Source: an uncultured bacterium (GTDB lineage Bacteria > Acidobacteriota > JAQAZP01). Taken from it: a stretch of DNA of 64,000 nt. Below are positions 6,981-16,469 of the stretch, in pieces (within the stretch, counting starts at the first letter, position 1; every line of letters starts with the position of its first letter). The notes beneath the pieces are model-generated. The model was not told where the DNA came from, did not search any database, and saw only the letters and a list, made by a program, of their open reading frames with translations. The position numbers and the translations under genes were made by a program. Where the stretch lies: contig CBESOE010000004.1 of the NCBI GenBank assembly GCA_965531145.1, positions 24,912 through 88,911 on the forward strand, given 5' to 3'.

Positions 6981-9266
6981 ATGATGAACTCCCGTCCTTT
7001 CATGTTGTTCCTGCTTCCGACCCTGCTCGTCCTGGCTGCGCTCCTCACTGCCGGTCCGGCCGTGGCCGAACCCTACGACGCCAGCGGGATCGAGCCCCTG
7101 CGCTGGACCGGCCCGGAGCCGCCCACTTCGTATACCGAGTGGTCAGCCGGCCAGATCAGGGAGCCGTTCAGCATCCACCCGCTGGAATGGATGACGGCGG
7201 AAAGCAACGGCAGCGACAACGGTGCCGGCAGCAACGTCCTGGTGATGGTCAACGAGGGACTGCGGCCGGCCATCGAAGCCAACCTCAACCGCTATGTGGG
7301 AGACATCGCCAGTGGCGGGTGGAGCCCGCAGGTCTACGAGACCGCCGGCGGCACGCCGGAGATCCTCAAGTCGTTCATCATCGACCACTCCGCAGACCTG
7401 GCGGCAGTGGTCTTCTTCGGCCGGATGCCCACACCGTGGTACGAGTCGGACGAGGAGTTCCCCTTCGACTATTTCTACATGGAACTGGACGGGGAATGGA
7501 TCGACGCCGACGAGGACGGCATCTACGACGGGCTGGAGGATGGCGCGGGCGACCAGGGGCCCGAGATCTTTGTCGCCCACATCGATTCATCGATGATGAC
7601 CTGGTGGGATGAGGCGGAGTCGGTGAACCGCTACCTGGACAAGGACCACGAATTCTGGAGCGGCGGGATCACTTGCACCGACTACGGCCTGACCTACACC
7701 GAGGACGACTGGGCCAGCGGGGACGACATCTGCACGGCCATGCGCTACGCCTACCCGTCATACCACGAGATCCGCGCGCCGGAAACCCACCGCGACGACT
7801 ACGTGCTGAACCGGCTCCCCGAACCGGCCTACGAGTTCATCCAACTGGCCTGTCACTCCTGGTCCGGCGGCCACGGGTTCACCCGCGGCGGTGACGCCAG
7901 CAGCTGGCGGGTGGCCAGCACCGAACCGGAGGCCCTGTTCTACAACCTTTTCTGCTGCAGCGCCCTGCGCTGGGTCGAGGAAAACCACCTGGGCGGGGCC
8001 TACATCTTCAATCCCGGCACCACCTGCCTGGCCACACTGGGAAGCACCAAGAGCGGCTCGATGCTCAACTTCAGCTGGTTCTACGAACCGTACGGCTCCG
8101 GCGCCTCCCTGGGTGAGTCGCTGCGGATCTGGTTCGACGAAGTGGCCCCGTTCGAGCAGTGGGAGATCGACTGGCACATGGGGATGTCGATCACCGGCGA
8201 CCCCTTTCTCAACCGGACCAACAGTTCGCCGGTGAAACCGCAGATCATCACCGGGCCCGGTCCGCTGGCCGGCCAGGACCCCTTTGTCCGGGGCTACGGC
8301 GTTGACGGCGTACCCCGCCCCTGCACCGAGTTCGACCCCTATGTCTGGCTCAACGGATACGGTACGCGGGTGGCTGTGGGCGACCTGGATGCCGACGGTC
8401 TGATCGACATCGTCACCGGCACCGGCCCCGGGCCCGAACTGGCGCCGGTGGTCCGGGCCTACGACCTGGGCGGGACCCATCATGCCGGTTCGAACTTCCG
8501 CCCCTACGGCACCAGCGGCTGGGGCGTGGAGGTGGCCTGCGGCGACCTTGACGGCGACGGCCGCGACGAGATCGTCACCGGGCCCGGGCCCGGGCCGGTG
8601 GCCGGGCCCCATGTCCGGGCGTTCACCTGGGACGGTGAAACCGTGGCGCCGCTGGCGGGAACGAACTTCCAGGCCTACGGCACACCGCGCTATGGTGTGG
8701 AGGTGGCCTGCGGCGACCTGGACGGTGACGGCTTCGACGAGATCGTCACCGGCGCCGGGGCCGGAGCGGTCTTCGGGCCCCACGTCAGGGGCTGGAACGT
8801 GGACGGCGGGCCGGCCACGGCCATCCCGGGAGTCAGCTTCTTTGCCTACAACACGCTCCGCTGGGGCGTCAACGTGGCCTGCGGCGACCTCGATGGGGAC
8901 GGCATCGATGAGATCGTCACCGGACCCGGCCCGGGGCAGATCTTCGGGGCCCACATCCGGGCCTGGCGAGTCAGCGGCGGCAGTTGCAGCCCCCTGCCCG
9001 GGGCCAGCCTGCTGGCCTACCCAGGGGGCATGCGCTACGGCGCACGGGTCGCCTGCGCCGACATCGACGGTGACGGCCGCGACGAAATCATCACCGCCCC
9101 GGGGCCCGGCCCGGAGAACAGCGCCCACATCCGCGGGTTCGAATATGCCGGCGGCACCCTGGCCCCCCTGACCACGCCGGACTTCATCGCCTGGTCAGCT
9201 GAGGAGTACCGCGGTGGTTCGCTGCTGGCAGCGGTGGACCTGGAGAGCGTGATCAGGCTTCGCTGA
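6981..9266 (+). CDS. Secreted protein: N-terminal caspase-fold (clan CD; C25/gingipain-like) cysteine-peptidase-like domain plus C-terminal seven-blade FG-GAP beta-propeller
   Basis: Signal peptide MMNSRPFMLFLLPTLLVLAALLTAGPAVA. Candidate His-Gly / Cys dyad spacing ...ACHSWSGGHGF...(26 aa)...NLFCCSAL. C-terminal 7 repeats of ~65 aa, e.g. YGVEVACGDLDGDGRDEIVTGPGPGPVAGPHVRAF. Protease assignment is by motif only. Confidence 0.7.
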   Translation: MMNSRPFMLFLLPTLLVLAALLTAGPAVAEPYDASGIEPLRWTGPEPPTSYTEWSAGQIREPFSIHPLEWMTAESNGSDNGAGSNVLVMVNEGLRPAIEANLNRYVGDIASGGWSPQVYETAGGTPEILKSFIIDHSADLAAVVFFGRMPTPWYESDEEFPFDYFYMELDGEWIDADEDGIYDGLEDGAGDQGPEIFVAHIDSSMMTWWDEAESVNRYLDKDHEFWSGGITCTDYGLTYTEDDWASGDDICTAMRYAYPSYHEIRAPETHRDDYVLNRLPEPAYEFIQLACHSWSGGHGFTRGGDASSWRVASTEPEALFYNLFCCSALRWVEENHLGGAYIFNPGTTCLATLGSTKSGSMLNFSWFYEPYGSGASLGESLRIWFDEVAPFEQWEIDWHMGMSITGDPFLNRTNSSPVKPQIITGPGPLAGQDPFVRGYGVDGVPRPCTEFDPYVWLNGYGTRVAVGDLDADGLIDIVTGTGPGPELAPVVRAYDLGGTHHAGSNFRPYGTSGWGVEVACGDLDGDGRDEIVTGPGPGPVAGPHVRAFTWDGETVAPLAGTNFQAYGTPRYGVEVACGDLDGDGFDEIVTGAGAGAVFGPHVRGWNVDGGPATAIPGVSFFAYNTLRWGVNVACGDLDGDGIDEIVTGPGPGQIFGAHIRAWRVSGGSCSPLPGASLLAYPGGMRYGARVACADIDGDGRDEIITAPGPGPENSAHIRGFEYAGGTLAPLTTPDFIAWSAEEYRGGSLLAAVDLESVIRLR
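8229..9266 (+). repeat. Coding tandem repeat: 7 x FG-GAP blades (C-terminal propeller module, copy 1 of 3 in the window)
   Basis: Repeating GDxDGDGxDEI[VI]TG[PA]GPG...GPHVR[AG][FW] units; homologous modules at 9941..~11030 (-) and 57161..~58230 (-). Confidence 0.75.
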
Positions 9267-9303
9267 CCATTCCTGACCGTAGCGGGCAATGCCGCTGGCG
9301 CGA

Positions 9304-9831
9304 CTAGAACCCCACCCCCACTCCCACACGGTAAACCCACGGTGAGTTGTAGGAACTGTAAGGATCACCACTGTCATAAAGGAAATCGTAGAGCACCGAG
9401 AAATTGATCGCCGCGTGATCGCCCAGGGGCTGGGAGAACCCGCCGCCGCCCAGCAGACCGTTGTGGTTGGTGCGCTCGGTGCTGCCGTTCAGGGTGTAGT
9501 ATTCGTAGTTCAGGTAGTCGTACTCACCCTGGACGAAGATGTGCGGTATCACGTGGTAGCGGAGAAAAAGCCCACCGCCGTAATCGCTGGTGGAGAGGCT
9601 TGGCGAATACCGGCTGTCCTTGCGGTAACGGTAGGTCAGCCGCAAACCGGTGGCCAGCTTATCCACCGGGTAAAATCCCACCGTGGGTGAAAACTCGACA
9701 AAATCCACCGTGCCGAAGCCGGCCCCGAACCAGCCGCCCCAGAACATGTTCTTGTCCCCCCGCTCCCCGGCACCGGCCACGGTACTCAGGGTGAGAACCA
9801 CGAGCACGATCAAAACAATTCTGCATTTCAT
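9304..9831 (-). CDS. Small outer-membrane beta-barrel protein (OmpW/opacity-like, hypothetical)
   Basis: Signal peptide MKCRIVLIVLVVLTLSTVAGA; Gly/Tyr/Phe-rich strand pattern; C-terminal ...RVGVGVGF (terminal Phe typical of OMPs). Confidence 0.6.
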   Translation of the reverse strand: MKCRIVLIVLVVLTLSTVAGAGERGDKNMFWGGWFGAGFGTVDFVEFSPTVGFYPVDKLATGLRLTYRYRKDSRYSPSLSTSDYGGGLFLRYHVIPHIFVQGEYDYLNYEYYTLNGSTERTNHNGLLGGGGFSQPLGDHAAINFSVLYDFLYDSGDPYSSYNSPWVYRVGVGVGF

Positions 9832-9940
9832 TTTTCGGGCCTCCTGATCTCATGACCGGTTCACGGGGCGAACCGTTGCCGGATTCGCATCTGCCCACAG
9901 GTTAGTGAATTGACCCATGGGCGTCAAGATGCGCCCCCGG

Positions 9941-11030
9941 TCAGAAGCGGCCAGCGGCCACGGTGGCCCCGTGACTCATACCGGAGAAGCTCTCCAGGGT
10001 GGCCCAGGAGGTAACCTGGCTGCCGTCATAGCTGAAGACCGACACCGTGCTGCCCACCAGCGGGTCGGGGCCCAGACCGGCCACGATCTCGTCCCGACCG
10101 TCGCCGTCCAGGTCGGCCCGGGCGCTGACGTTCGCACCGAAGCGGTTCTCCGGCCAGGAGAAGGCGAAGAAGCTGAGACCGGGCAAGGGACTGATCCCGC
10201 TGCCGTCGTGGTTCCAGCCGCGGACGTGGGCGCCGAACACCGCCCCCGGCCCGGGTCCGGTGACGATCTCGTCGATGCCGTCGCCGTCCACGTCACCGCA
10301 GGTCACGTTCACCCCGAACTGGTTGGTGGAGTATGCGAAGTAGCTCACGCCGGGGATCGACGCTGCTGCCCCACCATCCACGTTCCAGCCCCGCACGTGG
10401 GGGCCGTAGACCGTGCCCGGGCCGGCGCCGGTGACGATCTCGTCGTAGCCGTCGCCGTCGATATCGCCGGTGCAAACGTTGACTCCCCACTTGGGCGTGC
10501 CGTAGGCAAAGTAGTTCACCCCGGACAGTGCGGTCACCCCTGAAGTGCCGTCATAGTCCCAGGCGCGCACATGGGGCCCGAACACCGCGCCGGGGCCGGC
10601 GCCGGTGATGATCTCGTCGAACCCGTCACCGTCGATGTCGCCGGCAGCAGCGTTCACCCCGTATTTGTTGGTGCCGTAAGCGAGGAAGCTCAGGCCGGGA
10701 AGCGGCGTGCCGTCGATGTCGAAACCCCGCACGTGGGGCCCGTAGATCGCCCCCGGTCCGGCACCGGTGAGGATCTCGTCCAGGTCGTCGCCGTCCAGGT
10801 CGCCGGCGCCCACGTTCACCCCGAAGCCGTCAGCGCCATAGGCCGCAAACTCGTAGAGGTGCACCGCCCCGCTCTGCGGGGGAAAGACTCGCACGTCGGG
10901 CGGGTTGGTTTCGGACGGGCCGGGGCCGGTGATGATCCGCGGCGCACTGAGGTCGCCACCCGGCTCATAGAGCGGCCGCTCGAAAATGCCGTTGCCATGG
11001 GTCGCCGCGCGGAGCAGCCGGTCCGGGGCG
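9941..11030 (-). repeat. Coding tandem repeat: FG-GAP blades (C-terminal propeller module, copy 2 of 3)
   Basis: Same repeat family as 8229..9266, in opposite orientation on the other side of the small OMP gene. Confidence 0.75.
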
Positions 11031-13255
11031 TAGACCTTGAGGTCGTTGATCATGGCCGGACCCATCCCTTCCTGGAAGCTGTACCAGGTCTGGCCGCTGT
11101 CCGGCGAAAGATAGACCCCCAGATCGCCGCCCACATAGACCACCTGCGGGTGGAGCGGATCCACCATCACCGCCGAGGTGGGGACGTCGGGCAACCCCTG
11201 GCCGATGTCGGACCAGCTGTCACCGCCGTTGACACTGCGGAAGACGTGGCTGGTGCCGTAGCCCATGATGGTGGCGTAGACCACGCTGCTGTCGCTGGGA
11301 TCCACGGTGAGATCGGTGATGTAGCGGTCGGGCAGGCTGCCGGTGACTTCCTCGAAGGTGTCACCATTGGTGGTGCGGTAGACCCGCGCCCGGTCGGTGT
11401 TCGCGGCAGTGGCGACGTAAACCACATTTTCGTCGGTGGCCGAGATGGCCATGCACATGGCCGCGTTGATGCCGTTCAACGTGCTGCCGCCATGGATGGA
11501 GTCCCAGTCAAAGCCGCTATTGGTGCTTTTATAGACCCGGGAGCGGCCAGCGTAAACCACATCCGGGTTGGAGGGACTGAGCACGAAGGGCGCGATGAAG
11601 GCGGTGTTCTCGCCGCCGGTTTCCGGGGGGGCGATATAGTTCCAGTAGGCACCGTCGTTGGAGGTGCGTTGCAGGTAGAGGAACTGCGCCGAACCGTAGA
11701 GGATGTCGTCATCCTGAGGATTCACCGCGGTCCAGGATCCGTCGCCGCCGATCACCCGCTCCCAGGCCGGGCCGCCGCGGTAGATGGCGGTGGCGGTGTC
11801 CTGCATCCCGCCGATCAGCTTGTCCCGGCTGGTGGCCGACAGGCCCATGCCGTTGTAGAACTGGGTGGTGATATAGCCGCCGATCAGGCTGGCAAAGCTG
11901 TCGCCGCCGTCGGTGCTCTTGAACACCCCGCCGTCGGAGCAGAAGAAGATGGTGTTGGGGTCGGTGGGGTGCCAGAAGGCGTTGTGGTGGTCGGCGTGAG
12001 CGTAGTCGGAACCACCGATGGGGCCTTCCGGGGGTGGTGTACCGTAATACATGCTGGTCCAGTCCGACCGCCGGGAGAAGGAACTCCCGCCGTTGGTGGA
12101 GCGATGGATCTCGATGCCGGCCACGAAGACCAGGTTCACGTCAAAGGGGCTGGGCAGCACGTAGTGCGAGTAGAAGCCCTGGTATTGCTGGTAGTCGCCG
12201 CCGTAGGCCTGCACCCAGGTGTCGCCGGTGTCGGTGGAAAGGTAGAGCCCGCGGCCCGACTCGGTGTTGCCGATACTGGCGTAAATCCGGTTTGGCTGAG
12301 GGAGGGCAATGGCCAGCTGGGTCTTGCCGCTCCAGGAGGCGGGCAGGCCGTCGGTCAGTTTGGTCCAGCTGTCGCCGCCGTCGGTGGTGCGGTAGATCCC
12401 GTGGTTTTCCGAGCTGAAGTTGCCGTGGGCGCTGAACACGGTCTCCGGGGTGGTGGGGTGGATCCGGATGTCGGTGCCCATGATCACGTCGTGCACCAGG
12501 GTCCAGTCACCGCCGGCATTGGTCGACTTGTAAATCCCCTCGGTGGTGGCGGCATAGACGATATTGGAATCGGTGGGGTGGACGGCGATCATCCAGACCC
12601 CGCGGTTCTGGTCATAGCTCCAGTCGAGGCTCTGGGTCCAGCTGGCCCCACCGTCAGTGCTCTTGAGGATGCCGATGCCGTAGCTGCCGCGGGTCAGGCG
12701 GTTCAACTCGCCGCCGTCGGAAGCCTGGTAGCGGTAAACCTCGCCGGTGCCGATATAGATCACGCTGCTGTCGGCGGGATCGAGGGTGACAGTGCTCACC
12801 GCCAGGATGGGGTAGCCGGTCTCAACCCGGTCCCAGGCGTCGGCCCCCACCCCGCCCACGGTGGTCTTCCACAGCCCGCCGCTGGCGCTGCCGGCAAACA
12901 TGGTCTGAGGGTTGTCGGGATCGATGGCCAGGGTGAGGGTGCGGCCGCCGATGTTGTACGGCCCGAGCACGCTCCAGGAATCGGCACCCCGGTCGCCGGT
13001 GGCGGCGTCCTCCACCCGGGGGATCAGCTTCGACTGCTCCCACGCCCGGCCAAATCCGCCGGCCGGGATCAGGTTCCCGGGATAGGCCCGCTGAGCGGCC
13101 CAGAGATCGAGCGCCTGGAGGGCGCCGCTGTATTTCAGTTGCGGCTGATCCTGCTCCACGCCGGCCGGCGGCAGCAGGAAAACCAGGGCCACAACGGTCA
13201 ACACCGCCGTGGCCGTCCACAAACGCCCGTCACTGATACTGCGTATCATCGTCAC
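9941..13255 (-). CDS. Secreted BNR/Asp-box (sialidase/GH74/sortilin-like double beta-propeller) protein fused to a C-terminal FG-GAP beta-propeller
   Basis: N-terminal TM/signal region, then >10 Asp-box motifs (STDGGASW, STNAGGDW, TTDGGDSW, STDTGDTW, STNGGSSF, STDGGDSF, STNSGFDW, SVNGGDSW, SPDSGQTW). C-terminal FG-GAP blades (GVNVGAGDLDGDDLDEILTGAGPGAIYGPHVRGF...) ending ...HGATVAAGRF. Confidence 0.8.
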   Translation of the reverse strand: MTMIRSISDGRLWTATAVLTVVALVFLLPPAGVEQDQPQLKYSGALQALDLWAAQRAYPGNLIPAGGFGRAWEQSKLIPRVEDAATGDRGADSWSVLGPYNIGGRTLTLAIDPDNPQTMFAGSASGGLWKTTVGGVGADAWDRVETGYPILAVSTVTLDPADSSVIYIGTGEVYRYQASDGGELNRLTRGSYGIGILKSTDGGASWTQSLDWSYDQNRGVWMIAVHPTDSNIVYAATTEGIYKSTNAGGDWTLVHDVIMGTDIRIHPTTPETVFSAHGNFSSENHGIYRTTDGGDSWTKLTDGLPASWSGKTQLAIALPQPNRIYASIGNTESGRGLYLSTDTGDTWVQAYGGDYQQYQGFYSHYVLPSPFDVNLVFVAGIEIHRSTNGGSSFSRRSDWTSMYYGTPPPEGPIGGSDYAHADHHNAFWHPTDPNTIFFCSDGGVFKSTDGGDSFASLIGGYITTQFYNGMGLSATSRDKLIGGMQDTATAIYRGGPAWERVIGGDGSWTAVNPQDDDILYGSAQFLYLQRTSNDGAYWNYIAPPETGGENTAFIAPFVLSPSNPDVVYAGRSRVYKSTNSGFDWDSIHGGSTLNGINAAMCMAISATDENVVYVATAANTDRARVYRTTNGDTFEEVTGSLPDRYITDLTVDPSDSSVVYATIMGYGTSHVFRSVNGGDSWSDIGQGLPDVPTSAVMVDPLHPQVVYVGGDLGVYLSPDSGQTWYSFQEGMGPAMINDLKVYAPDRLLRAATHGNGIFERPLYEPGGDLSAPRIITGPGPSETNPPDVRVFPPQSGAVHLYEFAAYGADGFGVNVGAGDLDGDDLDEILTGAGPGAIYGPHVRGFDIDGTPLPGLSFLAYGTNKYGVNAAAGDIDGDGFDEIITGAGPGAVFGPHVRAWDYDGTSGVTALSGVNYFAYGTPKWGVNVCTGDIDGDGYDEIVTGAGPGTVYGPHVRGWNVDGGAAASIPGVSYFAYSTNQFGVNVTCGDVDGDGIDEIVTGPGPGAVFGAHVRGWNHDGSGISPLPGLSFFAFSWPENRFGANVSARADLDGDGRDEIVAGLGPDPLVGSTVSVFSYDGSQVTSWATLESFSGMSHGATVAAGRF

Positions 13256-13485
13256 CCCTCCGTTGGTGGTTTCAAAACAAGGCTGTTCCTATTGTAGCCC
13301 AAGATTGCCGGGCCGCACTTCCACTTGCTGAAAGCCGTCTGCACTATTACAACTGAGCGTGGAAATAGTTCGGTGGATTGCCGGACGGCGGTCAACATCT
13401 GCGGGATAGGCCACGTATATCATTGTGAGGCCCGATGGAAATCCCTTTGGCCGCGGTTTCAGCCCCGGCTTCGGGTGTGCACAAC

Positions 13486-14535
13486 ATGATCGCATACAGG
13501 ACCCTTGCCGTCCATATACTTGTTGCCCTTCTGTTCTTCCCGGGCATGGCCGCCCCGGTCGACGCCGGAGCGTCGCGGTGGTCGTTTGACGGGGTGAAAC
13601 TCTATGGAATCAACGACTTCAGCAGTCTCCACTTTCACGGCGAGAAGCTGGTGGCCTTCCTCGATGACGTGAAACACTTCGGCAACTGCACCCTCATCGT
13701 CCTGGAACGCTCGGAGCGGGCCTGTGTCGGTGGGTGGTGGGGTCAGGTGAGGGACGGGGGGTATGTGCCCCAGTTCGGCGGCTACCTCCGTTTCCCCGCG
13801 GAGGACGGTGGATTCAATCCGGAGGCGCTGGCCAAACTGGAGTGGTACTGGTCCGAGGCCCGGGTCCGCGGGCTGTGGGTGATCACCACCCTGTGGAACC
13901 CCTGGGACACGAAGAAGTTCGGTGTCTGGCCGGCAATGCACGGCGCGGAATGCGGCGAGGAGAAGCAGCTGTTCCGGATCCCGGGAAACGGGAAAGCGCT
14001 GCAGCGGCAACTGGCCTTCACCCGCCTGGTGGCCGCGGCGGCGGCGAAGCACCCCAACGTGATCCTCAGCGACAACTGGGAGGAGGGATCCCCGAGGGTG
14101 GGAGTGAACCTCGCCTGGAAACAGAAAATCTACGCATCCGTGCGAGCGGCCGGGTTCACCGGCCCGTATCTGGTCTACGTGGGTGACCGGCACGGCTTCG
14201 ACGACCGGGAGGCGACCCTGCGCTGGGTGAAGAGTGAATCGGGCATCAACGGCATCCAGGTACACTACGAATATCCGTCCCCCGGCTCCCTGGGCCTGCG
14301 GCAGGACCAGCGGGTGGTGAACACCGAAGACGTGCAGCTGCTCCTCGGCCCCACCAAGGACCAGCCGGAGAATCGCTGGATCCACCAGATCTACCGTCAC
14401 GCCCGTGAGAGGGGCGCGGAGTGCTGTTACTGTATCTGTGACTGGCGCGACTTCATGCGCACCGACAAAGGGCCAGATCCGCTGAGCGGGATGCGGGAGG
14501 AGGCCCGCCGGCGGCTGGAGAAAGCTCAGCCCTGA
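13486..14535 (+). CDS. Hypothetical secreted protein (possibly a TIM-barrel glycosidase-like fold)
   Basis: Start taken at MIAYRTLAVHILVALLFFPGMAAPVDA (signal peptide) within track ORF 13435..14535. No confident family motif; convergent 10-bp overlap with the next gene. Confidence 0.5.
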   Translation: MIAYRTLAVHILVALLFFPGMAAPVDAGASRWSFDGVKLYGINDFSSLHFHGEKLVAFLDDVKHFGNCTLIVLERSERACVGGWWGQVRDGGYVPQFGGYLRFPAEDGGFNPEALAKLEWYWSEARVRGLWVITTLWNPWDTKKFGVWPAMHGAECGEEKQLFRIPGNGKALQRQLAFTRLVAAAAAKHPNVILSDNWEEGSPRVGVNLAWKQKIYASVRAAGFTGPYLVYVGDRHGFDDREATLRWVKSESGINGIQVHYEYPSPGSLGLRQDQRVVNTEDVQLLLGPTKDQPENRWIHQIYRHARERGAECCYCICDWRDFMRTDKGPDPLSGMREEARRRLEKAQP

Positions 14536-15875
14536 TCTGCCGCGTCCCCGGCCGGCTCCAGAAGTTCCAACAGCCGATCCCGGGTCTCCACATATTCCGG
14601 GTGCTCGCCCTTGTCCAGCTCAACCGCTTTTTCGGCGTACCCCAGGTCCGCTTCGGTGGGCTTGCCGCTGGACAGGGCGTGAGACGCCAGGGCGTGGTGG
14701 GCCACCGCCGTGGGGCAGAGTTCAAGCAGCTTCTCGGCGATGACCAGGGCGTCGGTGGTCTTGCCCAGCCCGCGTGTGATCTCGTAGTCCTCGGCCACTC
14801 GCCGTATCGTCCGATCTTCCATTGAGGCGAGATGCGCGGCCTTTTCCTCCGCGCTCATCTTCCCATAGCGCTCCCTCGCCTTATCCTGGGCGCCCGCAGG
14901 GCGACCGTCGGAAACGCCGGCGGCCAGTTCGCACTGCCGGCGCAGCAGATCGATGCGATTGAGGGTACCGACCAGGCTCCACCGGCAAAGAGCGCTCAGC
15001 GCCTCGTAATCCCGCCGCTCCAGCAGGGCCTGCCGGCAGACCGTGCAGAACCCGGCGAGCACCTCAGCCGGGACATCGCCATCCTCCTTCAGCCGGTCGT
15101 AGAGCGCGAGTGTCTTCTCCTTCTGGTTCAGACCAAGATCGATGTCGATGATCTGCTCCAGGTCCTCGCGGTCGCCCTGACCGCTCTCCAGCCTTGCGGC
15201 CAGCTTCTCCCGCTCCACGGCCACCGCTTCCCGCGCCGGTGGGTAGTCCCCGGCCATGCCGCAAATGTCATTGACCAGCCGAGGCCTGTACCTCTGCGAC
15301 ATCAAATCGGTACCCAGACTGTCCAGCGCCTTCAGATACTCGGCCAGGGCTTCGTCCTTCTCGCCGGCCATCAAAAGGGCGGTGCCCAGCCTGTGCCGGG
15401 CCATGGCCTCGGGCCAGTAACCGGAGGCCAGTTCTTCCCGCGCCCGGGCCACGGCATCCTTCTCCGGGTGTTCCACCACTCTCCCGGCTGTTTTGAGGAA
15501 CTTGTCGCTGTCCTGGTAGCCCTGGACCCGCTCCAGCTCGGTCCCGTCGGCACGGAGAAAGACGAGGGTCGGCATGGCCTTGACCAGAAAGCGCTTGCTA
15601 ATGTCCTTCTGCTGATCCACATCGATCTTCAGCGACACAGCGTGTTTGTCGAGCCAAGCGATCACCTTTTCGTCGGCGAAGGTGGTGCTGTCCAGCTGCT
15701 TGCAGGGACCGCACCAGGTGGCGAAGAAATCGATGAAGACCACCTTCTCCTCAGCCCTGGCCCGGGCCAGTGCCTCGTCGATGGTCAGGTCGAGGAACGG
15801 GCCGCCGGCCGGGGCGGCAACCGTTACCAGCATGAACAGTGCCGGCAGAATCAGGTATGGACGCAGGTTGTTCAT
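14526..15875 (-). CDS. Secreted thioredoxin-fold protein (WCGPC active site) with a helical TPR-like C-terminal region
   Basis: Signal peptide MNNLRPYLILPALFMLVTVAAPAGG; thioredoxin motif VVFIDFFATWCGPCKQLD; ~300-aa helical repeat tail. Confidence 0.8.
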   Translation of the reverse strand: MNNLRPYLILPALFMLVTVAAPAGGPFLDLTIDEALARARAEEKVVFIDFFATWCGPCKQLDSTTFADEKVIAWLDKHAVSLKIDVDQQKDISKRFLVKAMPTLVFLRADGTELERVQGYQDSDKFLKTAGRVVEHPEKDAVARAREELASGYWPEAMARHRLGTALLMAGEKDEALAEYLKALDSLGTDLMSQRYRPRLVNDICGMAGDYPPAREAVAVEREKLAARLESGQGDREDLEQIIDIDLGLNQKEKTLALYDRLKEDGDVPAEVLAGFCTVCRQALLERRDYEALSALCRWSLVGTLNRIDLLRRQCELAAGVSDGRPAGAQDKARERYGKMSAEEKAAHLASMEDRTIRRVAEDYEITRGLGKTTDALVIAEKLLELCPTAVAHHALASHALSSGKPTEADLGYAEKAVELDKGEHPEYVETRDRLLELLEPAGDAADQG

Positions 15876-16007
15876 GGGACCTCCTCGGTTCAGACTACTT
15901 TACTCTGCCACATATTTACCAAAGAATAGAAAATCATTCCTCTCCGGTCAAGGTGAACGGGGAGAACCGCATTGACCGGTGATCGAATTGACGATAGGTT
16001 CGGTGGG

Positions 16008-16469
16008 ATGGACAACAAGCCGATCATTTTCACCGTGGGCCACTCGTCACTTGAGGAGGAGGCCCTGCTGCGTCTGCTCTCGGCCCACGGGGTGAAGGCC
16101 GTGGCCGACGTGCGCAGCGTCCCCGCATCCGGCCGGCACCCGCAGTTCAACCGGCGGGGGTTCGAGCCGTTTCTCGAGAAGGCCGGATTCCGCTACCTCT
16201 GGCTGGGGCGAGAACTGGGCGGGCTGCGAAAAGGGATGACCTACCAGGAGCACATGTCGACGGAACTCTTTTCCACCGGCCTCGAGGTCCTGGAATGCAT
16301 GGGCCGGGTGCGCCGCACCGCCATCCTCTGCGCCGAGCGGCACCACACCGACTGCCACCGCAAGCACATCGCCGACGCCCTGGTCCGCAGGGGGTGGCGG
16401 GTGGTGCACATCACCGAAGAAAATCGGGCGGAAGACCACCAGCTGCAGCAAACGCTGTTCGACAGCTAG
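16008..16469 (+). CDS. DUF488 family protein
   Basis: MDNKPIIFTVGHS... start motif and ...ILCAERHHTDCHRKHIAD motif typical of DUF488; track ORF begins at 15972, so start uncertain. Confidence 0.65.
   Translation: MDNKPIIFTVGHSSLEEEALLRLLSAHGVKAVADVRSVPASGRHPQFNRRGFEPFLEKAGFRYLWLGRELGGLRKGMTYQEHMSTELFSTGLEVLECMGRVRRTAILCAERHHTDCHRKHIADALVRRGWRVVHITEENRAEDHQLQQTLFDS

Noticed and set aside
7758-9128. 456-aa minus-strand ORF, and similar 9917..10543 (+) and 57449..58192 (+)
   Set aside because: Antisense frames of the FG-GAP repeat regions; the repetitive DNA keeps alternate frames open.
10571-13297. 908-aa + strand ORF
   Set aside because: Antisense to the BNR/Asp-box gene, whose Asp-box motifs are unambiguous on the minus strand.
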